Made by a program: the position numbers and the translations under genes. A stretch of DNA of 63,546 nucleotides, filler included, from Atractiella rhizophila (lineage: Eukaryota), in assembly GCA_021432655.1 (NCBI GenBank). It is 5 parts of 4 records of this genome, joined end to end, with 100 filler letters (N's around TTAATTAATTAA, not from the genome) between each part and the next. Parts side by side here need not be neighbours in the genome. Positions count along the whole stretch, not along the records: positions 36,608 to 44,709 come from MU271686.1; positions 44,810 to 57,823 come from MU271686.1; 3 more parts are not named here. One strand, 5' to 3'. Under the pieces are notes generated by a model. That model saw only the letters and a program-made list of their open reading frames with translations, was not told the DNA's origin and made no database searches. Below, piece after piece: positions 38,411-50,230 of the stretch; the stretch's first letter is position 1, and each line of letters opens with the position of its first letter.

Positions 38411-39665
38411 GTTGTTATTCTGACAAAGTACGTCTTTTCTAGGCATTGTGATGTATTATTTTAACTTTTAAAAGGGTTTATAATGCCTGTGTTCCCGAAG
38501 ATCTCTCATTCAAGAACGTCGGAATCGATCCAGATGAGTTTGGCCTGATCAAGTGAGTCTTTCCCAGGAAGCTGTCGCAGCTCTAAACTGGTTTGATCTT
38601 AGCGAGTGGGGTCTCTCGCGAAAGCATATTTTTGCTAGTACGTCTCTTTTGTTTTGTCAGTGTCCGTAACTGATCATGAAATGAAACTAGGCATCAAGGT
38701 ATCTCTTCAGCGCCTTCAGCTGGATTATGTCGACGTTCTTCAATGTAAGTTCTGTCACAAAAACGGTGGTTGCCTTGCTGAAGAGCTCGACAGGCCACAG
38801 ATTCGATTACAATACCCCCATCGAAGAAACGATGCAGGCTTTGCACGATGTGGTGTTAGACCATTTTGCAATCGTCAGCTGAGTTGATGATGACCATGAG
38901 CGCAGGAAAGCTGGATACGCACGATACATCGGGATGAGCTCTTGTCACGCTTATCAGGCAAGCTGAAAACCCACTGAGCAGGGGCAAGTATTGACAACGG
39001 TATCAGTTTCACGCAATGCAAAACTATGCAATCTCGCACAACCTTACACCGTACGTCCAAACCGTTCTGTCTCCTAAACGTTCTCAGCGAGCACTTCCTC
39101 TGTAGCTTCATCTCGATGCAGGACATGCACAGCGCGGTTTATCGCGAGGAGGAACGCGAAATGTTTCCCACCCTCAAGATGTTCAACGTTGGCTGTATTC
39201 CCTGGTCTCCCCTTGCACGCGGATTCCTTACCCGTCCAATCGATCAAACCTCCTCAACGGTCCGTGCGAAGGTAGATAAAAACTTTGCGCGCATCCTAGG
39301 TGCCGAGGGGAGCGCAGACAGATCTGCTGTGTTCGAAGTGAACAAAAGGCAAGTTTTTCGCATGGACAGTAGAAATTGACTAACTATGGGCAGGGTCGAG
39401 AGCATTGCGAAGAAGCACGGAAGGAGCATGGCGCAGGTTGCGCTAGCCTATTCCCTCGCAAAGGAGGCTGTGACTGCTCCAATTATTGGGACCACGAAGT
39501 TAGATAGCATCAAAGAACTGATAGAAGCATTGGACATTAAACTGGATGACGCGGAGATTCAGAGGTGAGTTGTTCATTCCGAAATTAAGTGAAGTCCTGA
39601 CCCTCTCTCCACTGTGAAGCATTGAAGAGCCCTACATTCCCAGAGCGATTCAGGGTTACAATTGA
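38036..39665 (+). CDS. Aldo-keto reductase (aryl-alcohol dehydrogenase / Kv-beta-like subfamily), about 12 exons
   Basis: VPYVRLGNSGLKVSKLILG, GINTFDTAN-YSNGESE, SLQRLQLDYVDVLQCHRFD and IPWSPLARG. GC-AG introns 38958..39006 and 39349..39393. Confidence 0.9.
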
Positions 39666-40617
39666 AAGGGCCGATAGGGTCTTCACTACTACGAATGAGT
39701 GTAAAGATAAGGGTGAAACAGTACCAAATCGCATGTCAAATTAAAATGATGATGTATCTTCCAACGAAACAGAGAATTCCCATCCGCAACATGTCATGCA
39801 TCGGGCCATCATGAGCAATTGCTCAGACCTCTTCTGGAGACAGTTCCCCTCTTGGATACTTGCTGGCAGTTCTCCTTTTGGATGCTTCATTCAGAATTCA
39901 CTTTGTAACCTCTCTGACTTAACCTCAGTAAAAAATATCATTCAAAAGTTACTTTAAATAAGCCGGGTCTGTGTCGGGAAAGGAAAATAAGGAAAATAAC
40001 TGAGTTGAGCGGAAACATCTCGTGTAGTGTAAGGTTCCGAGAAGACAAGGGTTTTCGCGGCTTCCTTGTTTGGAAGAATCCGCAAAACGCGAAGCAATAC
40101 GCGCACTTGAAGAAGGGACCTCTGGATTGACAAGCCACTTGTTATCAGCCTTCTGGTACAGCTTCCCAGACCACCTCACCTCACCGTTTACNNNNNNNNN
40201 NNNNNNNNNNNNNNNNNNNNNNNNNNNNNNNNNNNNNNNNNNNNNNNNNNNNNNNNNNNNNNNNNNNNNNNNNNNNNNNNNNNNNNNNNNNNNNNNNNNN
40301 NNNNNNNNNNNNNNNNNNNNNNNNNNNNNNNNNNNNNNNNNNNNNNNNNNNNNNNNNNNNNNNNNNNNNNNNNNNNNNNNNNNNNNNNNNNNNNNNNNNN
40401 NNNNNNNNNNNNNNNNNNNNNNNNNNNNNNNNNNNNNNNNNNNNNNNNNNNNNNNNNNNNNNNNNNNNNNNNNNNNNNNNNNNNNNNNNNNNNNNNNNNN
40501 NNNNNNNNNNNNNNNNNNNNNNNNNNNNNNNNNNNNNNNNNNNNNNNNNNNNNNNNNNNNNNNNNNNNNNNNNNNNNNNNNNNNNNNNNNNNNNNNNNNN
40601 NNNNNNNNNNNNNNNNN

Positions 40618-43600
40618 AAAGCTCTCAGAAGACGAGACAATCCTGCGAAAAGAGAAGTCTTTCATGAACAAGCTAAACATGATTCTCGTTGCCGTACGCT
40701 GTTTTCTTACACTCAACGACCTTGACTTATGACAGTCCTTAGATTCTCAAACAAACCTGGCCTCACTCATGGCCAACGTTCATTCCTGAACTCGTAGCGT
40801 CTTCGCGCACCAATCTCACAATCTGCGAAAACAACCTTACGATCTTGAAGCTTTTATCAGAGGAGATTTTCGATTTTTCCGCGCAGCAATTGACCCGTAA
40901 TCGGACAAAGAGTATGCAGATTCAGATCCAAAAGAGTTTAAGGATGTGAGCTATAGGTTGCTGCATCTAAATATGTGCTGATGTGTTCAAACTAGGTGTT
41001 CGATTTGTGTGAAGAGATCGTTGCGAATGGTGAAAAAACCTTCTTTGATCCAAGCGACGCTGGAAGCCCTACACCGTTTTATGGGCTGGATGCCGGAATC
41101 CTACATATTCAACACATCTCTCGTTACAAACCTCATCAACCGATTCTTGACCTCAAATCAATTTCGAAATATATCGCTCAAATGCTTGAGCCAGATCAAT
41201 TCGCTCGAACTTGATCATACTTATGATATCAAGTTCTTTCAGCTTTTCGAGATGGTTATGGAGGTCATAAATAATGTCATCCCTCTCACCGATGGTCAGT
41301 TGCGAGCTTCTTTCGTTCGATAATTCGCTTATTTGAATTGTCCAGATCCATCAGCGGATTTCGTAGTCCTCTACGAGAATGCATCGACAGCCGAGCAGGA
41401 TCTGATCATGAATCTGACTTCCTTTCTCACTTACTTCTTAAACTGGCACGGCGCCGTCCTTGAAAATACTTCGTTCCCCAATTCCGAACCGCTTTTCTTC
41501 AACGCCTATTCCTACCTCCTCAAAATAACCCTGATAGACGAACGAGAAACGTTCAAGATGGCTCTAGAATTTTGGGCGAAGCTTACGAAGGAGATCTATG
41601 AGGAACATATATCTCAACCAGCGAGTGCTCTGGGAACGATCGTCAATGAGATGGTTCAGGACGGCAGCCTAGAAGGGACGGCATTTGGAGATCTGCTAGG
41701 CCCAAGAGAGAGGAAGTTCAAGGATATCTTGTCAACTCTTAGGCGGACCATGATTCAGACTATGGTGAAGCCAGAAGAGGTTCGCCTTTTAACCTTGTCT
41801 AGGGCCACTGAGTGAACTCTGCGTGATAGGTTCTCGTTGTGGAGAATGATGAGGGAGAGATCGTTCGGGAGCATATGAAGGAAGTTGATATTATCGTTAT
41901 TTACAAGACGATGAAGGAAATCTTGGTCTATCTCACAAATATAGACGGAAGGGACACGGAGACTATTATGACCCATAAATTAACGCGTCAAGTAATGCCT
42001 TCTTTCCATTATCTGACTTTCAGCTTACATGTCTTGGCTAGGTTGATGGCTCAGAATGGGGGTAAGCTTTCATCCTAACATGATCGTAGATTCTGAATTG
42101 TACCTAGCTGGACTCCTCTCAACCGCCTCTGCTGGGCAATCGGCTCAATATCTGGCGCGATGAGTACGTTGTTCCCCTCCCGATCTAGCTCTACACTCAT
42201 ATCATCTTTGCAGATGAAGATAGCGAAAAGCGATTCTTGGTTCAGGTCATAAAGGACCTTCTCAACCTCTGCGAGATGAAGCGGGGGAAGGATAACAAAG
42301 CAGTCGTCGCTTCAAAACATCATGTACATCGTGGGCCAATACCCTCGTTTCCTTAAGGCCCACTGGAAGTTCCTCAAGACCGTTGTCAACAAGAACTTTG
42401 AGTTTATGCACGAACGGCATGAAGGTATTGCCCCGTTCCAGCTGGTACTAGATGGATAAGCTGAGTATGCTGGCAGGTGTCCAGGATATGGCTTGTGATA
42501 CGTTCCTCAAGATCGCACAAAAGTGTAAACGGTATTTCGTCACGGTCCAACCCAACGAAACACATCCTTTCATCGAGGAAATTATCCAAAATCTTCCTGA
42601 TATCACCAGTGATCTTTCGCCACTACAAGTGTACGCCGCTTCTTTCACCACGCTAGCCTCATGGCTAAAATTTTCATCAGGCATACCTTTTACGAGGCAT
42701 GTGGTCATATGATCTATTGCACGCTGAATCCAGATCATAAGGAGCAATTTTTACTTGGTCTCATGCAACTGCCTAATTCATTTGTGAGAGAAATGCTCAT
42801 TTAGAAAGTCAATGTTGACGGGGGGAGCAGTGGACCAGCATGGTGCAACAAGCAAAGAATTCTATAGAGGTTTTCAACGAATCCGAGAACGTCAAGCTTA
42901 TCGTAAATGTTATACGGACTAATGTCGCGATCGTCAATTCGGCGGGAGGTGCTTACGCCCCACAACTGAAGTTTATACAAGAAGACATCCTAGCGATGTA
43001 CAAAACCGTCAGTGGGATTATTAACGAGAGCATCGCGAAGGACGGAATGATCGCCACGAAGACTCCGAAAGTCAGAGGGCTGAGGAGCATCAAAAAAGAG
43101 ACACTAAAGCTTTTCGAAAAATATGTATGTTGTCTTCTCCAGTTGATCAATGTATGGGCCCTGATGAAGACAAAGGTCAAACGTTCCGAAGACCTAACGG
43201 AGAACAACGTATCTTTAATCCCTCCACTCTTCGATGCCATCCTTGGCGACTACAACACCAACATTCCCGACGCACGAGAAGCCGATGTGCTGCTCGTAAC
43301 GGCAACCTGTGTTGCAAAGATGGGGGTAAGCGTATTCGTTGCCACTGGTACTCAAGATTGATTATTTCACCTTACAGCCTCTGATGAACGATAAAATCGC
43401 CCCAGTCTTAGACGCTGTCTTTGATTGCACACTAGACATGATCAACAAGGAGTTTGCAAACTTCCCTGAGCATCGTGTCCAGTTCTTCCACCTCTTAAGG
43501 GCTATCGATACCTCCTGTTTCCCTGGTTCGTTCATTCCCTTAGCAGCTATGACTGTGGGATAACAATAACTTTCAGCTCTGTTGGCTCTCCCGCCCGAAC

Positions 43601-44473
43601 GCTTCAAGCTGTTCATCCTTTCTATAGTGTGGGCAATGAAACACTATCGTGGGGATATCGGCAATGTGGGAATGAAGTGAGTACTTATCCATTTTGCTGT
43701 ATTGCTCGCTCATTATTATTCAGTATCGCCTATGAACTTCTCAATAATGTTGCTCAGACGGATCCCGCTGTTGCTAGCGGTTTCTTCCAGCAGTACCTTC
43801 TTGCCATGATAGAGGATGTTTTCGTAGTTATGACGGACGTCGACCATCGTAGCGGTTAGTTCTTCCTTCGCGTCCTGGGTCAGCATTGCTTAGTCCTTGG
43901 TAGGGTTCAAATACCAGACAAATCTGTTAGCTCGCATATTCGGTCTTGTACAAGAAGGTGCCATCCAAGCTCCTCTCTTTGATCCCGCAACGCAGCCTCC
44001 ATCAATGGACAATGTCACCTATGTGGGCCAGTTTACAGTCGATCTCCTCACCAAAGCGTTCCCCAATATGCAATCGTGAGTAGAATACCTCCTATCTTCT
44101 TCAGTTTGTGATGTGCCGTTAGGTCCCAAATCCAAACCTATGTCTCACGATTGTTTGAGTTGCACAATGATCACGTACGCATCTCTTAATTGACACAGAA
44201 TACCGTGACAATTTCGCTTGCAGATCGCCTTCAAACTAGCAACACGGGACTTCCTCATCCAAATCCGAGAGTTTCAAGGTAAAGAAGACGGTGACCACAC
44301 CGATTTGTTCCAAGACGAAAAAGAGGAGGAGAAGAAGAAGCAAGAAGAGGAAGCACGGCAAAAGAATTTGGCCATCCCAGGTAAGTGCCTTCCTCTTAGT
44401 AGGCATCTCTAATGTCGTGGATCTAGGAATGGTCAAGCCTTCTGAGCAGGTAGAGATGGATGAAGAGCTATAA
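40618..44473 (+). CDS. CRM1: Exportin-1 / Crm1 (5' end in gap), divergent, three apparent homopolymer frameshifts
   Basis: [98 protein letters not shown] and C-terminal IPGMVKPSE. Confidence 0.92.
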
Positions 44474-44709
44474 CCCAACTCGTGGCTCTTTCGTTTTTAT
44501 TTGTGCTTGCTCCTTAAATTTCAATTAGTCGCATATATATCAGCATGTCCGTCGTTCAAAACTCTTGCTTGCTTCGATTATCAGTGCTTTTCGGTTAATG
44601 GATGACGTGCTGTCTGCTATAAATGCTAAAACGCTCAATGTGTGAATTATTCAACATCTGTAGTTGCCAATAGATTCCCAAGTCTATCGTCTATCCTCCA
44701 CATCTGCTT

Positions 44710-44809
44710 NNNNNNNNNNNNNNNNNNNNNNNNNNNNNNNNNNNNNNNNNNNNTTAATTAATTAANNNNNNNNNNNNNNNNNNNNNNNNNNNNNNNNNNN
44801 NNNNNNNNN
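44710..44809. other. Artificial scaffold-concatenation linker
   Basis: N44-TTAATTAATTAA-N44. Confidence 0.97.
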
Positions 44810-45491
44810 GCTCTTGAGGGAGACATAGGCACGGCAGACTTTGACCGGATCCACATCAGCTCGATCCTGTTCCAACACTTATAAGATGTTTCTCGTTTAG
44901 AGTAGAACACGGAATAGCGTACCGAAAGCTCAACGATAGAATGCGTCTTCTTATCCTCTCGCAGCGCCGCACAAACACACGCCACCGCATAGATCTCTCC
45001 CTTCTTTCCCCATCCGAACCCCAGACGCTTCCTCGCTTGTGCTAACATCCACATTGCCCTCTCTTCTAGGTATGTGAGCTCCAAGCTGCCCAGAAGACCT
45101 GTTACGAACTTCTTCGCGTCCAACTGTTCCCCACATATGAACCCTTTCCCGGATAACAGGATGCAGTAGAAAACTCACTGTCTTCGTTCGTCTGTACCTC
45201 TCCCGCTGCTCGGATGCATCTGTGATGGCACGACTTCGGCTCGCTGCACCTGAGGAAATAAAAGTGCTAGCGTCGCCAGCAGCGACGTAGTCGGCATCGT
45301 TGATCCAAGTCTGTCCGACATATGCTTGCCATTCATCGCTCCCGCCGTCTAGACCATGGCTCGAGGCAGCATGGTCTGAGATACTGCCGCATTCGATGCA
45401 GAGTGACGCAGACGCTTCTACAACATATCTATCCAGTATACCAATCAACCACGATTCCCAAACCAAGAATAGAAGAAGGCTTACTGGACGG
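44810..45491 (-). CDS. TFIIB/Brf-family factor, body of gene (most of exon 1 missing here, 3' end cut by scaffold end)
   Basis: Second zinc-ribbon knuckle CIECG and a TFIIB cyclin-repeat-like YAVACVCAALREDKKTHSIVELS...VDPVKVCRAY. Confidence 0.65.
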
Positions 45492-45531
<40 letters not shown>

Positions 45532-45608
45532 AGTCATGGCTATTTGTTTTCTTTCCGCAGCCACTGAGTCGATCTTTCACCGTTTCTCGTTTTTCGTCCA
45601 TAGCAAAC

Positions 45609-46145
45609 ATGGGAAAGGTACACGGAAGTTTGGCTCGTGCCGGTACGCCATTCGCACTGTTACCTGAGGTATAAGGAGGCGGAAATGCTGATGATTTGGG
45701 ATGAAGGTAAGGTCAAGTCGCAGACACCAAAGGTTGAGAAGCAGGAGAAGAAGAAGAAGGCCACTGGGCGGGCAAAGAAGAGAATCCTTTACAACAGGCG
45801 ATTTGGTATGTGATCTAGTACTTGTTATTGAAGCAAGGGCAATGATTGATGGTATACTGTTGCAGTGAATGTTACTACACAAGTCGGAGGAAAGAGGAGG
45901 ATGAACGCTCAACCCGAGGTACGTCTTTGGAGCCCCATGTTTCTGTGTCTACTTCAACGGAGAGGATTTGTGCTGACCGTGACCCCGCTCGCTTTCTTGA
46001 TTCTCCCTTTGCCACCTTGTCGTGATCAACTACCATTAACGCCGATCAACGAATCTCGGTCCTCTGACCTTGGATCCATCGGACTGCCTCACCTGTTCAT
46101 TGTGCACTTGTGATCTGTTTATAATTTCAGGGAAAGAGCGGCTAA
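45609..46145 (+). CDS. RPS30: 40S ribosomal protein S30 (eS30), copy 1, 4 exons
   Basis: [66 protein letters not shown] after removing three GT-AG introns. Confidence 0.93.
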
Positions 46146-46648
46146 AGGGTGATGGAGTTGGAAGCGAGATTGTTGCTGGCAAGCCGTCTTTGGAGAGTTT
46201 GGAGATTTGGAGGAGTTTCTTCATGTTGACGACGGCTTTTACTTCTTCTATCCTCTTTCTTCGTTCTTACCCTATGCACAAACCATGCAATCTAAAGTAT
46301 GTAGCATCGTTCTTCCCTGCTTCCATGATCACTTGAACATTGAGAAAAATTCCATGAGCTTGTTGCAGCCTGACCGGCTTTTCTCGGAGGGTCATGCACC
46401 GATGCGGAATGGTCAATCTGCGCCGGATCTTGAGCTAATCTTGAGCTGTTGACCATTCGTCTTGCTCCGAACCTGGGGTATGAATGGCTCGCCATTTATC
46501 CGGGCGTGCATAAAAGCTCCCTCCCTTGCGTTGCGTGCAACGCCCTTTAGCTCAGACACACGACTGCTCGTAATCGCCTTATAAAGACGCCTATACATTC
46601 TGCTATACCCCAGCAACTGTCTCCTTGCAATACGTCGAGTTCGCAACA

Positions 46649-47134
46649 ATGTCTGTTTCCCCTTCATCCATCCTCTTTGGGCGTTCCAGCCTCCAAAATT
46701 CAAGTCTCAAGACTCAGCGATCTCACTCTGCGCCGACGAAGACGAAGCCTTCATTGCGACGACCTCATCGAGTACAAGACATTTTTCCGAACCCTTCATT
46801 CGAGGGAGATCGAGAAAGGACACCCATGGCGAGCTCGCAGTCTCGAGACGATCCATCCTCATCGATATCACATGAAAGAGCGATGCAAGCTCTTGCGCTC
46901 GCGTCCCGTCCCTCGCCGCACAGTCTCCTGCTCCCGGGAGACCGTTCACCGTTCGAATTCAGCTCCAACGATGCGTCTCCGTCGTCCAAATCTGCACCTA
47001 TTCACAAGGAACTGTCACCGATGATGATGTGGAGCGATTCGAGCTCGAGTTGGGGACTTTCGAGCTCTAGTCAGGGACGGAGAGAGAGCAGCAATAGTGG
47101 GACGAGCGGATTGAGTTTCGAGTCGTTCAGCATG
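46649..47134 (+). pseudogene. Truncated duplicate of the Ser-rich hypothetical gene at 48609
   Basis: Exon 1 copy broken at the duplication junction just before its splice donor. Confidence 0.6.
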
Positions 47135-47307
47135 AGCATGGTCTGAGATACTGCCGCATTCGATGCAGAGTGACGCAGACGCTTCTACAACATATCTATC
47201 CAGTATACCAATCAACCACGATTCCCAAACCAAGAATAGAAGAAGGCTTACTGGACGGTTCCTTTTGCTTTGCAATGTGAGCAATTAGGGTCGCTAAAGG
47301 TCGACAT
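47135..47307 (-). CDS. TFIIB/Brf-family factor, 5' fragment (exon 1 and start of exon 2)
   Basis: MSTFSDPNCSHCKAKGTVQ-YVVEASASLCIECGSISDHA: a complete CxxC...CxxC zinc ribbon, truncated at the duplication junction. Confidence 0.65.
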
Positions 47308-47576
47308 GTTACAATGGGGTTGACTAGAAAAGTATTTCGCGCACCAGAAGGAGTCCCTTCCCCTTACGGGCTGCTAGCGAAGGTATCCTCTAAAATCCTC
47401 TCAGTATGAAGGCGTCCTTGATCTGCCAGCTGTCTTGATGTTTCCCTGTTTTCCTGTCCAAAGTGATTCGCCCTTACTGAGTCATGACTACGGAATGTTA
47501 GTCATGGCTATTTGTTTTCTTTCCGCAGCCACTGAGTCGATCTTTCACCGTTTCTCGTTTTTCGTCCATAGCAAAC

Positions 47577-48113
47577 ATGGGAAAGGTACACGGAAGTTTG
47601 GCTCGTGCCGGTACGCCATTCGCACTGTTACCTGAGGTATAAGGAGGCGGAAATGCTGATGATTTGGGATGAAGGTAAGGTCAAGTCGCAGACACCAAAG
47701 GTTGAGAAGCAGGAGAAGAAGAAGAAGGCCACTGGGCGGGCAAAGAAGAGAATCCTTTACAACAGGCGATTTGGTATGTGATCTAGTACTTGTTATTGAA
47801 GCAAGGGCAGTGATTGATGGTGTACTTTTGCAGTGAATGTTACTACACAAGTCGGAGGAAAGAGGAGGATGAACGCTCAACCCGAGGTACGTCTTTGGAG
47901 CCCCATGTTTCTGTGTCTACTTCAACGGAGAGGATTTGTGCTGACCGTGACCCCACTCGCTTTCTTGATTCTCCCTTTGCCACCTTGTCGTGATCAACTA
48001 CCATTAACGCCGATCAACGAATCTCGGTCCTCTGACCTTGGATCCATCGGACTGCCTCACCTGTTCATTGTGCACTTGTGATCTGTTTATAATTTCAGGG
48101 AAAGAGCGGCTAA
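47577..48113 (+). CDS. RPS30: 40S ribosomal protein S30 (eS30), copy 2, 4 exons
   Basis: Coding sequence the same as copy 1, with the intact upstream region (TGAGTCA at 47478-47484). Confidence 0.95.
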
Positions 48114-48608
48114 AGGGTGATGGAGTTGGAAGCGAGATTGTTGCTGGCAAGCCGTCTTTGGAGAGTTTGGAGGAGTTTCTTCATGTTGACGACGGCTTTT
48201 ACTTCTTCTATCCTCTTTCTTCGTTCTTACCCTATGCACAAACCATGCAATCTAAAGTATGTAGCATCGTTCTTCCCTGCTTCCATGATCACTAGAACAT
48301 TGAAAAAAATTCCATGAGCTTGTTGCAGCTTGACCGGCTTTTCTCGGAGGGTCATGCACCGATGCGGAATGGTCAATCTGCGCCGGATCTTGAGCTAATC
48401 TTGAGCTGTTGACCATTCGTCTTGCTCCGAACCTGGGGTATGAATGGATCGCCATTTATCCGGGCGTGCATAAAAGCTCCCTCCCTTGCGTTGCGTGCAA
48501 CGCCCTTTAGCTCAGACACACGACTGCTCGTAATCGCCTTATAAAGACGCCTATACATTCTGCTATACCCCACCAACTGTCTCCTTGCAATACGTCGAGT
48601 TCGTAACA

Positions 48609-49503
48609 ATGTCTGTTTCCCCTTCATCCATCCTCTTTGGGCGTTCCAGCCTCCAAAATTCAAGCCTCAAGACTCAGCGATCTCACTCTGCACCGACGAA
48701 GACGAAGCCTTCATTGCGACGACCTCATCGAATGCAAGACATCTTTCCGAACCCTTCGTTTGAGGAAGATCGAGAAAGGACACCCATGGCGAGCTCGCAG
48801 TCTCGAGACGATCCATCCTCATCGATATCACATGAAAGAGCGATGCAAGCTCTCGCGCTCGCATCCCGTCCCTCGCCGCACAGTCTCCTGCTACCGGGAG
48901 ACCGTTCACCGTTCGAATTCAGCTCCAACGATGCGTCTCCGTCGTCCAAATCTGCACCTATTCACAAGGAACTTTCACCGATGATGATGTGGAGCGATTC
49001 GAGCTCGAGTTGGGGAGTTTCGAGCTCCAGTCAGGGACGGAGAGAGAGCAGCAATAGTGGGACGAGCGGATTGAGTTTCGAGTCGTTCAGCATGGATGGT
49101 TTGTCTCTCTAGCTCTCCACTCTCCACCTTTCCAACTTTCCACAACGAGCGGGCGCGTGACGTCTGTTGTTTACCTATCTCGCTTATCTACTTTACTTCA
49201 TAGATGGATTGGCTGATTGAATTGCTTGTAGACGGTTATTCCGTGACTGACGACATTGAAGATTCCATCGACAATCCTCTCGATCTCAACTTGAACTTTT
49301 CCAACAAACACTTCCGACCAGCGGAGGTGAACTCGAGGCTGAGCAAAGCGAGGTCGATAGAGATGGAAGAGGAGCTGGAGCGCGAGGAAGAGCGTCACGG
49401 AATCGTGAGGGAGAACAAGAAACCGTTCCTCACGCCGACCTTGGACGCCCTGCCGATCCATAGAAATGCGCCCGAACGAGATTGGTCCAAGTTAACTTTG
49501 TAG
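48609..49503 (+). CDS. Ser-rich hypothetical protein, 2 exons
   Basis: ORFs 48585..49112 and 49204..49503 join in frame via a GT-AG intron (about 49098..49231). No family recognised. Confidence 0.5.
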
Positions 49504-50230
49504 CTTCCTATCCACCCCGAGCCATTTCACGCACGAGCAATTTTCAGGACGAACAACTAGTGTTTCAGCTGCTTTCCATCGCTGCTTTCGTCATCTCGTC
49601 ATCATGAACTCCCCCTCAGCCCACTTCGCTTCCCGTTTCGTGTATCCAAGTTCACCAACGTTTTCGATTTCCATGGGAATGTACCTAGATACCCTTCGAA
49701 CTTTTTTCGCGATACCAAGCTTCGACACCATCAATTTCACGACACCGTTGGGTTCATGCGGTTCACACGTCAAGGATCCATCATGCTCTCGTTGTTCTTC
49801 ACCTCATCCATTGCATCACCACTCCTTCAATTTCTCATCCGGTTCTATGCTGCGAAATCTGTAGGATTAGCCATGGTGCTCTTATTCAACTAGCGATTTG
49901 TCTTACTGCTTCTTACTTAAAGTCATGTAGCGTGAAGATTATAATGAGACTCAAGTCACTCAACCATCCAGCTGATTCTTACTGTCGTGGCTGAGACAAG
50001 TTTGCCTGTAGATATGATGAGGCATTCATCTAAAAATTTCACAAGAAGGGATTCGAATAAGCATGGAATAAAAACGACAGAGCAATTATATCATGCTCAA
50101 CGTCCAACCAAACTAACACAACTAGGAAACACAAGTCTTGACGGAAAGTCTGCATTTACTTTTCATAGCGTCCTTTTCGCTGGATCGTAGAGCAGGATGT
50201 ATTTTAGGTCATGACAAAGTAGGTGGTTCA

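Larger units (their letters stand above)
45368..49094. repeat. Diverged tandem duplication (copy 1 45368..47134, copy 2 47135..49094)
   Basis: Colinear copies with about 25 substitutions/indels by eye. 238 bp of copy 2 (47259..47496) is replaced by A37 (45492..45528) in copy 1. Confidence 0.93.

Noticed and set aside
49520..49900. Protein-like minus-strand fragments with stops
   Set aside because: No recognisable family or consistent splice model.
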